NCBI GenBank assembly: GCA_028826165.1
Contig: JAPDFW010000134.1
Location: 62,001-126,000 of the forward strand
DNA: 64,000 nt
DNA from: Anaeramoeba ignava BMAN
Taxonomy: Eukaryota > Protista > Anaeramoebae
Direction: 5' to 3'
This document shows, one piece after another, positions 1 through 14,500 of this stretch (positions within the stretch are counted from its first letter, which is position 1; every line of letters starts with the position of its first letter). The translations under genes were made by a program, and so were the position numbers. Under the pieces are notes generated by a model. That model was not told where the DNA came from and made no database searches. It saw only the letters and a list, made by a program, of their open reading frames with translations.

Positions 1-1444
1 AATAAATTAATAAATAAATTTAAATAAATTAATAAATAAATTAATAAATAAATTAATAAACAAATTAATAAATAAATTAATAAATAAATTAATAAACAAA
101 TTAATAAACAAAATAATAAATAAATTAATAAATAAATTAATAAATAAATTAATAAACAAATTAATAAATAAATTAATAAACAAATTAATAAATAAATTAA
201 TAAATAAATTAATAAATAAATTAATAAACAAATTAATAAACAAATTTAATAAATAAATAAATAAATAAAATAATAAAAAATTTAATAAATAAATTAATAA
301 ATAAATTAATAAATAAATTAATAAATAAATTAATAAATAAATTAATAAATAAATTAATAAATAAATTTAATAAATAAATTAATAAACAAATAAATAAATA
401 AATTAATAAATAAATTAATAAATAAATTAATAAATAAATTAATAAATAATTTAATAAATAAATTTAATAAAATAATTTAATAAATAAATTAATAAATAAA
501 TTAATAAATAAATTAATAAATTAAAATTAAATAAATAAATTAATAAATAAATTAATAAATAAATTAATAAATAAATTAATAAACAAATTAATAAATAATT
601 TAATAAATAAATTAATAAATAAATAAATAAACAAATTAATAAACAAATTAATAAATAAATTAATAAATAAATTAATAAATAAAATAATAAACAAATTAAT
701 AAATAATTTAATAAATAAATTAATAAATAAATTAATAAATAAATTAATAAATAAATTAATAAATAAATAAATAAATAAATTAATAAATAATTTAATAAAT
801 AATTTAATAAACAAATTAATAAATGAATAAACAATTTAATAAATAAATTAATAAATAAATTAAATAAACAAATTAATAAACAAATTAATAAATAAATAAA
901 TTAATAAATTAATAAATAAATTAAATTAATAAATAAATTAATAAATAAATTAATAAATAAATAAATTAATAAATAAATTAATAAATAAATTAATAAATAA
1001 ATTAATAAATAAATTAATAAATAAATTAATAAATAAATTAATAAACAAATTAATAAATAATTTAATAAATAAATTAATAAATAAATTAATAAATAAATTA
1101 ATAAATAAATTAATAAATAAATAAATAAATTAATAAATAAATTAATAAATAAATTAATAAACAAATTAATAAATAAATTAATAAATAAATAATAAATAAA
1201 TTAATAAATAAATAAATAAATAAATTAATAAATAAATAAATAAATAAATTAATAAATAAATAAATAAATAAATAAATAAATTTAATAAATTAATAAATAA
1301 ATAAATAAATTAATAAATAAATTAATAAATAAATAAATAAATAATTTAATAAATAAATAAATAAATAATTTAATAAATAATTTAATAAATAAATTAATAA
1401 ACAATTTAATAAACAATTTAATAAACAAATTAATAAATAATTAG
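1..1444 (+). repeat. Microsatellite-filled intron, (TAAATAAATTAA)n, of the ankyrin-RhoGEF gene; 5' end lies outside the window
   Basis: Degenerate 12-mer repeat with almost no G, ending in TTAG at 1441-1444. It is followed directly by in-frame ankyrin sequence NPLHWAAY. Confidence 0.85.
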
Positions 1445-4400
1445 GAATCCTTTGCATTGGGCTGCTTATAAAAATTCACACAAAATAACGAATTTATTTT
1501 TAAACTATGATAAATCTTTAATAGACAAACGAGACAATTTAAAAAACAAACCACTTCACATATCAGCATTTGCAGGAAGTGTTGAATCAGGACAAAAAAT
1601 ATTAACAATTTCACACAAAAAATCTCACAATAAAGACGGATATTCACCAATTCATATTGCAGCACTTTCAGGAAAAACAGAATTCATAGAAATACTAATG
1701 AACAAAGGATATGATATCAATTCACTTAGTTCTAATAAAGAAACACCACTTCATATTGCTTGTTTATTTGAAAAAATTGAAGTTGTTCAGTTTTTATTGA
1801 AAAATTCTTGTAAAATTGATCTGAAGGATTCAAAAGGAGCAACTCCTCTTTGTTATTCTCAAATGAAAAATAATCTTGAAATTTCACGTTTATTAATTAC
1901 TCATGGAGCACGTAGTGAACTTCATTTTTTTGCAAGAGAAGGAGAGTTTTCTCAATTAAGTTCTTTATTATCAAAAATGAATTTAAATTTAAATTGTAGG
2001 ATTTTCTTTAAAAATATTTAATTATAATAATTAATAATATTTAATAATATTTAATAATATTTAATAATAATATTCAATAATATTATTCAAAAATATTCAA
2101 TAATATTTAATAATATTATTCAATAATAATATTCAATAATAATATTCAAAAATATTTAATAATATTTAATAATATTCAATAATATTTAATAATAATATTC
2201 AAATAATATTATTCAATAATAATATTCAATAATATTTAATAATATTTAATAATAATATTCAATAATAATATTTAATAATATTTAATAATATTCAGTATTT
2301 AATAATAATATTCAATAATAATATTTAATAATATTTAATAATAATATTTAATAATATTTAATAATATTTAAATAATAATATTTAATAATATTTAATAATA
2401 ATATTCAATAATATTTAATAACAATATTTAATAATATTCAAATAATATTATTCAATAATAATATTTAATAATAATATTCAATAATATTTAATAACAATAT
2501 TTAATAATATTTAATAATATTTAATAATAATATTCAATAATAATATTCAATAATATTCAATAATATTCAATAATATTCAATAATATTCAATAGTATTTAA
2601 TAATAATATTCAATAATAATATTCAATAATATTTAATAATAATATTTAATAATATTTAATTATAATATTTAATAATATTCAATAATAATATTTAATAATA
2701 TTTAATAATAATATTTAATAATATTTAATAATATTTAATAATAATATTCAATAATATTTAATAATATTTAAAAATATTTAATAATAATATTCAATAATAT
2801 TCTAATAATATTAAATAATATAAAGCTATGGATAGATCAGAAAGAACACCACTACATTGGGCAGCAATGAAAGGATACACTCAAATAATCGAATTTTTAG
2901 TGCAAAAAAAAGCTAATCTTAACTCACAAGACAAAGAAGGACTTACACCACTGGTCTTAGCAGTTCGTAACGCACAATTAGAATCAGCCAAAATGCTAAT
3001 TTCAAAAGGAGCTGACATAAACGTACAGTCATTTGACGGGATGACACCACTAAATTTTAGTATAGTCTTTGGACATATCGACATCACGAGACTGCTACTT
3101 TTATCAGGAGCAAAAATCCCCGAAGAAACAACCAGGGCAAAGGATCTCCTGTTCATTTCACTGAATGAGGAAAAACAAGATTTTGCGGAACTTCTCTTGG
3201 ATTACGGATCAGATCCTAACAAACTTGATGAGAACGGACAGGCATTATTACACATTGCGGTGGAGAAACAACACCAGACAATGTTGGACACACTTCTTTC
3301 ATTTGCAGAAAAGTATGGAATTGATGTCAATGTCCAGGATTTAAAGGGAAAAACAGCAATAATGTATTCAGCCGAAATGAAAAATTCAAAAATTTTTAAA
3401 CAGTTGCTTTCTATGAGAAGAATTGATTGCGATATTGAGGACGAAAATGGGGAAAGAGTTATCCATTATTTAATTAAAAATGAGCAATCAGATTCACTTC
3501 GGGAATTGTTGAAAACCAACGCTTCTCGCGAAGCTGGAAGAGATGGAGAGCCGTTGCTGCATCTAACTGTTCGGACAACAAAGATGCTAGATTGTTTCAA
3601 AGCGCTGCTTGATGGGGGAGTGAATGTGGAAATCAGGGACAAGAACGGAAACACTGCATTTCATGTTTCTGTGCATGTTAAAAAGTTTAAATTTCTCGCG
3701 TTTATCCAAAGAAAAACAGGCATCAACGTGCGCAACAACGACGGCGACACGCCACTACATCTGGTTGTGCGCGACAACACCCCATTATTCACACGCGAGA
3801 GTCTTTCATTACTCATTGAAAGAGGATCCGATATAAATGGACTCAATGGGGAAGGCAAAACTCCTCTTCATTTGGCGGTTCTTCATGGACAGCTAGAAAA
3901 TTGCCAGTTTCTTCTCGACCATGGAGCCGATCTTTCTATTCCCGATCGAGATGGAAACACCGCAATGTCGCTTGCAATCCAGAACCAGCAGATCGAATGC
4001 GAAAAACTTCTGATCAAATACGGTGCAGAGTCCCCGCTTCTTTCAGGTTTACAGAGCGGTGATGTAATGCTAGTCAGAAAGTACATTGACCAAGGTTTCT
4101 CCTTCGACTCTGTCGACATCTTTGGAAACACACCTCTCCATATAGCTGCCACTGTAGACGCTACAAAAAGCCCTGAAATTTTATCCGTTGTCACGGAAAT
4201 TCTCGAAATTTTTCGCAATGAAAAAAACGACATCAACACAACTAACAACAACAACATGACCCCTATACAGCTTGCGGCTCAATGTGGAAACACCCGAGTG
4301 TGCAAGCTTCTTCTCAAATACGGTGCAGAGTTAATAAAATATCCGGACGAATCACAACGTCCCCACATCCTCGCAAAAAATGCTGGGTTTACTCGATGCG

Positions 4401-7213
4401 CAAGGACTCTAGAGCGCGAGTTCAAGCGCACATCCGCAGTCTCCGAGATCTTCGCAACAGAACAGAATTATGTTAATAATCTCGATCTTCTTGTCAAACA
4501 TTATATTGATCCGCTCAAAAAATCCAACTTGATTAAAAAATCTGTTTTGGATGACATCTTCGGAAATATCGAGCAAATAGTCGCTCTCCAGAACCAGTTT
4601 CTCCAGAGCCTTGCCGCACGCATCTCTCTCTGGACTTCCCGCGAATGCATTGGCGATGTTGTCCAGAACTTTGTCCCTAATATGCACTCGTATATTGCTT
4701 ACAATAACAATTTCGAAAAATCTCGGAAAGCAATCCGAAAATCCAAAAAACACAACGCCTTTCTCCATTTCATCAAGGACGCCGAATCCAAACAGGAATT
4801 CCAGCGTCTTGATCTCGAGTCGATTCTTATTCAGCCTGTTCAACGAGTCGCTCAATATCCCCTTCTTCTCGAAGAGGTTCTGAAACGCACTAAAAAGAAT
4901 CACAAAGATTATACACTTGTCAAGTCCGCTTTGAAAGCTGTCAAAAATGTCGCAAATGAAATCAATGAGAGTAAGCGCAAGGAAGACAACCGACAAAAAC
5001 TCATCAAGTTGCAGCGCAAACTCTCACAGAACAATTCTAATTTGACACTCAATCTTCTTTCTGATGAAGCAAGATTCTTGATCAAAAAAGGTCCTCTTCA
5101 AATTTATTTTCTTCATAATCAACCCGTTCGCAGTAAAAAAGGAAAGAAAACAAAAACTTCCTCAAAAGATTTCGACAGACAGAATTCAGACAAACTCCAA
5201 AACTCGAAGCATCCCAGCAAATCCTCCAGTTTATTACATCAAAAATCATCCCATCAACGAGAACAATCCTCTCTTTCAATCCAAAAAGAATCTTCAGTTC
5301 ATCTTTCACAAACAAAGAAATCCCAAACAATGGCAGTTGATACTGTTCGTTCTTATCCTGCCCGTTCACCAAGAAGACTCCGCATTGAAAAAACTCTTTT
5401 TAAAATGTCTACATTTGATGACTCTCCGCCTGTCACAAATGAAGTCACAAATACAAAAGTTATTGAAATTCAAAAGAAAATTACTGGTAGAAATTCCCCA
5501 AATCGCCAAAAACCTCGCGGTATTTCTTTTTCTCCTTCTTTTAACCGTCTTCGTGGTCAACTTCGTAAAAATAACAATGGCGATTCTGATTCTGATACTG
5601 GAGAAAAAAATAATTCCAAAGATGACGAAAATTTAAAAGAAGCTTTAAAAGAAACTTTAAAAGAAAATTTAAAAGAAGATTTAGATGAAGATTTAAAAGA
5701 AGATTTAAATGAAAATTTAGATGAAAATTTAAATGAAGATTTAAATGAAAATTTAGAAGAAAATTTAAATAATAATACAAATGATAATACAAATGATAAT
5801 ACAAACGAAAAAACAGATGAAAATTCAGATGAAAACTTTGATGAAAATTTTGATGAAAATTTTGATTTAAACGAAAATTTAAAGAAAAAATTATCTTTAG
5901 AGGAAAAATTCAAACAAAAATTAAGAGATAATTTAAAGGAAAGCGAAAATCAAAAATCAAAACATTATATAAAAGACGATTTAAAAGATAATTCAAATCA
6001 AAGCGAAAATTCAGTTGGAGATATAATCCAAAAATTAAATCAAAAAATCTCTGAAAATTCAAAAGATACTGCAATAAAAAATCCACCTAGAAATCCTCGA
6101 AAGCCTATTTATAATATAACACCAACAGGATCACCAAATAAAAAAAGACAAAATAAAAATATAAATAATATTAATGAAAATGAAAATGAAAATCAAAGGA
6201 AATTAAAACCAAAATTATCAATTCAAATCCCAAACAATGATTCAAAAGAAGAAGACTTAAATATAGAAAAAATCAACAATAAAATACCTCAAACAGAACA
6301 CAAAAAAATACCCAATTTAAAAAATCAATACAATAGTCAATATTATCAAAAACAACGAATGCCAAAAAATAATTCAAAAAGTAGACGTTCATTTTCATTT
6401 TTATCACCAAATCGAGGAGTTATCCAAGCACAACCCACAATCAATATGAAGCAAGCACAGATCCCAACAACAAACAAGATTGACAAGAAATTAATCAATA
6501 AATATGTTATACTTTTCAATGACTATCTTCTTATTTGCCATATCAAAAAAGAAGAACAATATAACGTTGAATATGCGGTTGAAACAATAAGTTTATTTCT
6601 AGAAACATCAAACTCAGAAAATAAAGAATCTCCGCATAAATTCAAACTGATCTCCCAAATTGGGGAACTTATTTGCGCAGCAGATAGTCAATATCAGACA
6701 AACGACTGGATATCTTCAATTAAAAAATCAATTCAACAAGCAGGAAGTCTTCATCTTCAAAAACAAATAAATCATCTTAAGGAAGAAAAAAGTTTCTATC
6801 CCAACGGAAATATTTCACATCCAGAAGAGAACCAGCCAGTCAAAGAAGCTAATGCTCTTGAAAAATTATCGCCCACAACAGAAAAAAATGAATCAATGCA
6901 AAATCACTCGAGTATTGATATTCAACCTAATTTTATTTTCGAACAAGTTCATCCAAATCAAAATGTTCTTCTCCAAAAATTGCAACTTTTCTCTATAACT
7001 TGTTTTTGGGTTGATTATAATCCTATTCATAAATCTAGTCGTATTGTCCAAAAAGATTTATTTATTGCAAATGATTTTAGTATTTCTGAACTTGAAAAAA
7101 AAATATTAACACGAATTCAAACTTATTCAACTCAAAAAATTACAACTGAAAATTGCAGAGTTTTAATTACTCCTTTAAGTTTTTCAAATGAATTATTTCT
7201 TCTTAAAATTTAA
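1445..7213 (+). CDS. Ankyrin-repeat + DH (RhoGEF) + split PH domain protein, 5' partial
   Basis: Exons 1445-1995 and 2826-7213; intron 1996-2825 (GT..AG, phase 1, T|CT=Ser). Many TPLHxA ankyrin repeats. DH motifs EIFATEQNYVNNL and LESILIQPVQRVAQYPLLLEEVLKRT. PH halves RFLIKKGPL and YVILFNDYLLIC...QTNDWISSI. Confidence 0.9.
1996..2825 (+). repeat. Repeat-filled intron, (AATAATATTY)n
   Basis: GTAGG donor at 1996, AAG acceptor at 2825; degenerate 9-12-mer repeat between them. Confidence 0.8.
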
Positions 7214-7219
7214 CATTCA

Positions 7220-8605
7220 AATGAAAATCAAAATTTAAAAACAAAATTTAAAATTTAAAATTTAAATCAAAATTTAAAATCAAAATCAAAATCAAAATCA
7301 AATTCAAAGTCAATATCAAAATCAAAATCAAAATTAAAATGAAATTCAAATTTAAAATTTAAATCAAAATTAAAATCAAATTCAAAATCAAAATCAAAAT
7401 CAAAATTAAAATCAAATTCAAAATCAAAATCAAAATCAAAATCAAAATCAAAATTAAATTCAAATTCAAAATCAAAATCAAAATCAAAATCAAAATCAAA
7501 ATCAAAATCAAAATTTAAAATCAAAATTAAAATTTAAAATTTAAATTCAAAATCAGATTCAATATCAAAATCAAAATTAAAATCAAAATCAAATTCAAAA
7601 TTAAAATCAATATCAAAATTAAAATCAAAATCTAAATATAAATTCAAAATCAAAATTAAAATCAAAATCAAAATCAAAATCAAAATCAAAATCAATATCA
7701 AAATGAAATTCAAAATCAAAATCAAATTCAAAATCAATTTGAAATTCAAAATCAATATCAATATCAATATCAAAATCAAAATCAGATTCAATATCAAAAT
7801 CAAAATTAAAATCAAAATCAAATTCAAAATTAAAATCAAAATCTAAATATAAATTCAAAATCAAATTCAAATTCAAAATCAATTTGAAATTCAAAATCAA
7901 TATCAAAATCAAATTCAAATTCAAAATCAAAATCAAAATCAAAATCAAAATCAAAATCAAAATCAAAATCAAAATCAAAATCAAATTCAAATTCAAATTC
8001 AAAATCAAAATCAAAATCAAAATCAAAATCAAATTCAAAATCAAATTTAAAATCAAAATCAAAATCAAAATCAAAATCAAAATCAAAATCTAAATATAAA
8101 TTCAAATTCAAATTCAAATTCAAATTCAAATTCAAATTCAAAATCATATTCAAAATCAAAATTAAATTCAAAATTAAATTCAAAATCAATATCAAATTCA
8201 AATTCAAATTCAATATCAAATTCAAAATCAAATTCAAAATAAAAATCAAAATCAAAATTAAATTCAAAATCAAAATCAAAATCAAATTCAAATTCAAAAT
8301 CAAAATCAAAATCAAAATCAAAATCAAAATCAAAATCAAAATCATATTCAAATTCAAAATCAAAATCAAAATTAAAATCAAAATCAAAATTCAAAATTTA
8401 AAATCAAAATCAAAATCAAAATCAAAATCAAAATCAAAATCAAAATCAAAATCAAAATCAAAATCATATTCAAAGTCAAAATGAAAATGAAAATGAAAAT
8501 CAAATTTAAAATCAAAATCAAAATATAAATTCAATATCAAAATCAAATTCAAATCAAATTCAAAATTAAAATCAAAATCTAAATATAAATTCAAATTCAA
8601 AATTA
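7220..8605. repeat. Intergenic (TCAAAA/TTCAAA/TTAAAA)n hexamer tract
   Basis: Visible hexamer tandem repeat with internal block duplications. It produces the spurious DFDFDF/IKIKIK ORFs. Confidence 0.9.
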
Positions 8606-8745
8606 ATTTATTAAATTATTGTTGTTTTTTGTTTGTTGTTTTTTTTTTTATTCTCCTTTCTTTTTTTTTAAATAAATTTTCGTTAAAAAAAATTTTTTTT
8701 TCTTTTCTTTTTTTTTTTTCATTTTTTTTTTATTCTTTTTTTTAA

Positions 8746-10897
8746 ATGGAAATTGAAAATGATTTTTCCAAACTTCCTTTCCAAATTTTATTAAAATCAG
8801 AAAATAATTTTAACGAACAAATTCAACAAATTATTATTCAATCACAAAATGGAAACAATTCTTTATCAGAATTTTTTGAAAAAGTTTATTTACAATTTAA
8901 AAATTCAAATTTTTCAATCAAATCAATTTATAAAGAACAAAATACAAATGAAAATTTAAATAATGAAGATGTTTTCATTTCTTTCATTTTATCTTGTTTT
9001 GATTTATTCACTTTTTATGAAGAAATTCCTTTTTTAAAATCAATTTTCCAATTTTCACAAAATTTTTTTAATCAAGAAAAAAATGATAATAATATTCATT
9101 TAATTCTTCAAATTCTCAAAGAAATTATTCAAAAAATCTTTCATTATTCTTTGGATCCAATCAAAAAAATTCATTTTTTTATTCTTCAATTTGTTGATTT
9201 AATTCAAGAATTTTCTTTTAATGGAAAAACAAATATAAATTTTTTAATAAATTTATTTCAAGTTTATTTAGATGAATTTAAAAAAACAAATACTTATTCA
9301 AAAGTAACAAATCAAATTAAAATCAAAATAAAATTAAAATTTAATTTATAAAATTAAATTAAAATTCATTTATAAAATTAAATTAAAATTCATTTATAAA
9401 ATTAAAATTAAAATTAAAATTAAAATTAAAATTAAAATTAAAATTAAAATTAAAATTAAAATTAAAATTAAAATTAAAATTAAAATTAAAATTAAAATTA
9501 AAATTAAAATTAAAATTAAAATTAAAATTCATTTATAAAATTAAAATAAAATTAAAATTAAAATTAAAATTAAAAATAATTTAATTTCCTTTTATTAAAG
9601 AATTGGATTGTGTTCGCTAATCTTTTAATATCAGTTTTTGCAAAAACAAATCATTTACAAATTACTCAATTAATTGACCAAGAATTTTTCCATTTATTTA
9701 TCAAAGAAAATGAGAATAAAGAGTTAATTGATAAATCAATTTATGAAAATTTAAATTATAGTCCAAATATGCTTATTAATAATAAAAGCGAGTTTTATTA
9801 TTTTGCTGATTTAAAAAGACTCAATCAAGTCACAAGAATTATTATAAAATCATTAGAAAATGAATCTTTTAATTTAAAGTAATTCAGAAAAAATAACAAA
9901 ATATTTCTTTCTTTTTTTTTAACAAAATATTTTCTTTATTCTATCAAAAAAAAGAATTGATTCTAATAATTTGAGTAGGATATTTCCAGTTATGAATAGA
10001 TTTCTTATTTTTCTTCTTAACAATAATCCTTCTGATCAATTTTTTCATTTCAAAAAAATTCGAAGAAAAAAGAAACCATTAATATTTGAAGTTATTGATT
10101 TAGAAAAACCAAAAAATTTAACTGAAAATTCAAATCAAAATTCAAATCAAAATTTAACTGAAAATTTAACTGAAAATTCAAATCAAAATTCAAATCAAAA
10201 TTCAAATCAAAATTCAAATCAAAATTTAACTGAAAATTCAAATCAAAATTCAAATCAAAATTCAAATCAAAATTTAACTGAAAATTTAACTGAAAATTCA
10301 AATCAAAATTCAAATCAAAATTCAAATCAAAATTCAAATCAAAATTTAACTGAAAATTTAAATCAAAATTCAAATCAAAATTTAAATCAAAATTTAAATA
10401 AGAAAAAGAAAAAGAAAAAGAAAAAGAGAAGACAAAATCAAAACAAAAATCAAAACAAAAATCAAAACAAAAATCAAAACAAAAATCAAAACAAAAATCA
10501 AAACAAAAATCAAAACAAAAATCAAAACAAAAATCAAAACAAAAATCAAAACAAAAATGAAACAGAAAAAAGTAAAAAAGTTCTTTTTGCTTTAGATCGA
10601 AATGAATTATTTTGTAATTTTCTTCATTTAAAATATTTTTAATTTTAAATTATTTTAAATTATTTTAAATTATAAAATTTAGATCAAGATTCTCCTCCTA
10701 AATCTTATCCTTTTTCAGAATTTAAAAAACCAATTATTCCAGTTTTAAGGAATAAAAATGCAAAAATTTATATCAAAAAAAGTTTTTTAAAAAGATTAAA
10801 TAACTTGAATAGACAAAAAACACAAAGAAGAAAAAGAAGAAAATTAAAAAAGATAAAAAAACCTTTTTTCAGAATGACTTTAAGAAGTTTTAAATAA
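8746..10897 (+). CDS. Hypothetical protein, 4 exons, with N/Q-rich repeats and a basic C-terminus
   Basis: Exons 8746-9303, 9601-9878, 9955-10613 and 10683-10897 join in frame through GT-AG introns (phases 0, 2, 1). Ends ...RMTLRSFK*. No family recognised. Confidence 0.65.
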
Positions 10898-10996
10898 AAC
10901 TTTTAATAGAAATTTTTAAAAAATGATTTTTCAATTTTTCATTTTTTTCATTTTTTTTTTCTTTAAACAAGAAATTTATAAATTTTATATTTAAAA

Positions 10997-11506
10997 ATGC
11001 AAAAATACGAGACAATGCTTGTTCGTGTCATGTCAGTTGATGAACTTACAAATACAAATTCAAATATAAATACAAATTCAAATACAAATTCAAATATAAA
11101 TACAAATTCAAATATAAATACAAATACAAATTCAAATACAAATATAGATTTAAATATAGATTCAAATTCAAATTCAAATATAAATTCAAATTCAAATTCA
11201 AATTCAAATTTAACAGAAAGTATTTTAACAGTTATAAAAGAAATTGAAGAAGATATTCATAATTTTGAAGAAGGAATTTATCAAGAAAAACTTCTTAATT
11301 ATTTTCTTGAAAAATTATCAGAAATTGTTTGCTCTTTATTAAAAGAATATTTCCAAAGCGAAATTGCTCAAGAAATTAATTCTTTTTTTCAAGTTTGTCT
11401 TCGTTTTTGTTCAACTAAAATTGAAGAAGAAAATTTTTTTGCTTTGAAAATAATTTCATCAATTCTTCATTTAAAAAAAGATTATAAATTTTATGAAAAT
11501 TTTTAA
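10997..11506 (+). CDS. Small hypothetical protein; C-terminal part resembles the N-terminal helical region of USP9X/USP24/USP34-type deubiquitinases
   Basis: 169-aa ORF with an upstream TCATTTT motif. By eye, LLNYFLEKLSEIVCSLL...EINSFFQVCLRFCSTKIEE.NFFALKIISSIL...KFY parallels the USP9X N-terminal segment. No catalytic domain. Confidence 0.5.
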   Translation: MQKYETMLVRVMSVDELTNTNSNINTNSNTNSNINTNSNINTNTNSNTNIDLNIDSNSNSNINSNSNSNSNLTESILTVIKEIEEDIHNFEEGIYQEKLLNYFLEKLSEIVCSLLKEYFQSEIAQEINSFFQVCLRFCSTKIEEENFFALKIISSILHLKKDYKFYENF

Positions 11507-11589
11507 AAAGAAAAAATAATTTTGTTTTTTGTTTTTTAATGAATTATGAAAAGAAAAGGAAAATAAAAGAGGAAATAAATTTTTCTTTT

Positions 11590-14500
11590 TTAAATTTTTG
11601 AAAAATTTCTTGAATTTGGATTAAATTTTTCTGATGCTTTTCGAAGATCATTTAATGCAGAAAACATAAGTCGATCTTTGTGAGAAATTTCTTTTGAAAG
11701 TCTTCCAATTTCTTTTTCTTGAATTTTACTAAAATAATCTGAAATTGTATTATTTCTTATTTTCCCTCTAAATTTACTTAAATCAATAGCATTTCCAACA
11801 TTTGGTTTGTTTTGATTTGTGGAAATAATATTTTCTTGAGGAATATTTTCACTTGTTCTTAATTGATTTAATTGATTCATTCTTTCTTCTGAAATTTCTT
11901 GTAATTTTAGTTGTAATTGTTTGTTAATTCGAATAAATTCATTTAATTTGTTAAGAATAAATTGGTATTTGTTTCCATCATTTTCTTTCATCATTTGCGA
12001 TGCAATTTCCAGTTTTTGTTCTGCTAATTTTAATGCTACATTTCCTTCATCTTCTTTTTGTTTCATTTTTTCTTCATTGAATTGAATTTCCTTTTTTAAG
12101 CCTGAATTTTCTAAATTTAAATCTCGACATTTTTGTTGTTCTTGAAATAATTGGTCTTTATAAGTCGCGCAATTACTTTTAAGCTGTTGGTTTTCTTGCA
12201 TACATTTTTGTATGTCTTTTTTGAATTGTTGATTTTCAAGTTCGGAATTATAAATTTGGTTTTTGAGTCTTTGAATTTCTTGATTTTGATTTTGATTTTC
12301 AAATGGATTTTGATTTTGAATTTGAATTTGAATTTCTTTGACTTGATTTATTAAATATTCATTTTCAATTTCTTTATCTCTTAATTCATTTAATAAATTT
12401 TGTTTTTCTTTTTCTTTTTCTCTTAATTCATTTAATAAATTGTCTTTTTCTTTTTCTTGCTGAATTGGATATGTTCTGTTATATTCATTTGGTTCATCAT
12501 CAATAAAGTTTCGATTAATTAAATATCTGTTTCCAACTTTTTGATGGATTCTTATTCTTTCATTTGGATTTTGAACTTTTTGCGAAGATAATAATTGTTC
12601 GTTTCTAAATTGTTTAATTTCTGAATCAAGTTGATGAGATTTTGTAAGAATTTCTTGTTCTTTTTGAATTGATTCATCCAATTTATCTTGGGTTTGGTTT
12701 CTTAATTCCTGCATAAAGCTTAATTGTTTATCGATTTCTAATTTCAATTCCTTGTTTTGTTGCAATAATTGAATCATTTTTTCAATATCACTTTCAAGAT
12801 CTTTTTTCATTTGTTCAATTGAATCAACCAATTCTTGATCATCTTTGCCATGAATTCCTTTTCTAAGATTATTCATGAGTCGATCCTCTGAAGAGATTGC
12901 AAATGGAGTTTTTCTTTTTGTGTGTGAAAATAAAACATTTCCTTCATTTTCGGTTTCTTTTCTTAAATCATCCATTTTTTGCAATAAATGAGAATTTCCA
13001 GTGTTTTGATTATCAAATTCAGATGGTGAGTTTTGATTTGGAAATTGGAATCGTTTTCTCATCAACTGATTTTTGGCTTGTTTTAATTTGGATGAAATTT
13101 CTTTGAGTTCTTCAGTAATTCCTTTCAGTTCGTCTTCAAGTGATTGTTTTTGATTTAATAAATTGTGGATATTTCTTGCTTCCTTTGAAACAAGTTCCAG
13201 TTCTTCAAGCTCTTTTTCTTTTAGCATTACTTTTTGTTCAAGATCTTTGATTTTATCCAAAAGATCTTGCAATTCCTTTTCACAATTAAATGCTTCTTTT
13301 TGCAAGATATTTAAGTTGCTTGCTGTATCTTCAATTTGTTTTTGTTTTTCTTCCAATTCATTTTGTTTGATTTTTAACGCCTTTTTCAATTTTCGAAGTT
13401 GATTTGATTTTTGGTGGATTATTTGATCCAATTCTTGTAAATGAGCGTTTTTCTTTTGAATGTCTTCATCAAGTTCTGAATATTCGAGTGCTTTTTGCTG
13501 ATTTTCTTGCTGTTGTTTTTGGTTCATAATTTCTTGTTGAAGCTTTCTCAATCTCATCTTTTTCTGTTTGATTTTTTCGCGATTTTGCTGTAATTCTTTT
13601 TGAGCAGACAAAAGACCTTGTCTGAGGTTTTCATACTGCTCTTTTTCCTTTTTAAGATTTTGTCTTTCCATTTCAAGTTCTTTGTAATTCAAAAGTTGTT
13701 GGTTTAATTCATTGATTTGGCTTTCCTTTAATAATAATTGTTGTTCCAAATACTTTTCTGTTTGAGTAATTTGGTTTTTCTTTTCAAAACTTTGCTTTTT
13801 CTGTTCATCTTTGTTTTTTTGAGATTCCAATAATTTAATTTCGTGAAGAAGTTGTTCCATTTCCGATTGTTTTGAAAGTATTCCGTCTTTTAATACTTCA
13901 AGTAGAGATGATGGAGATAAATGTTGCAAATCATCTGAATCTTCTTGATATAAATTCAATTGATTTTCAATTGATCTTGCCTTTTCATCCAATTGCATTT
14001 TTTCTTGATTAAGTTTTTTATTTTCCGTTTCTAATTGCAAATTCTTTGATTTTAAGTTTCCGAGTTTATGTTTTTGGTCTTGCAATTTTTGGGCTTTTTC
14101 TTGTTCTGTTTTTTCTAAATTTGATGTGAAATTATTAAGATCTTGTTTGATTCTCCTATTTTCAGATTCCAAATCTTTGATTTTTTGAGTTAATTCTGAA
14201 GTTGCTTTTTGTTTTTGCTCCGAAACAAGAAGATATTTTGTTTCAGTAGTAGTTGATTTGTCAATAAGAATTTTATGTTCTTTTTGTTTCTGTTTTGAAT
14301 CAATTAATTTTGATTGTTGGATCAATGATTCGTTTTCTTTTTCAAGAAGTTGCTGTTTTTGAACCAAGTTTTGAATTTGATTGTCTTTTACACCGAGTAA
14401 TTTATCTTTTTGTTTGATTGCATTTTCCATTTCCATAATTTGTTGTTGAATTTGAGTTGGTTTTGATTTTCCCGAAACTTCTTTTTGTGATTTATTCATT

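Noticed and set aside
7-1164. ORFs with FINL/LLIY repeats, and likewise DFDF, ILIL, KIKI and IKLFT ORFs at 7.2-8.6, 16.7-17.0, 51.5-51.9 and 58.7-58.9 kb
   Set aside because: They are translations of intronic or intergenic microsatellites.
2881-5372. Antisense and alternate-frame ORFs over long exons, also at 12-15, 22-25, 35-39 and 56-57 kb
   Set aside because: They are shadow ORFs of recognised genes, with no domain signal of their own.
5100-6500. Intein within the RhoGEF PH domain
   Set aside because: The insert is low-complexity, with no N-terminal Cys/Ser block, no C-terminal His-Asn and no recognisable Hint or endonuclease motif.
7220-8605. Telomeric repeat
   Set aside because: It is an internal, degenerate TCAAAA/TTAAAA mix without a G-rich strand, and the same repeat fills introns.
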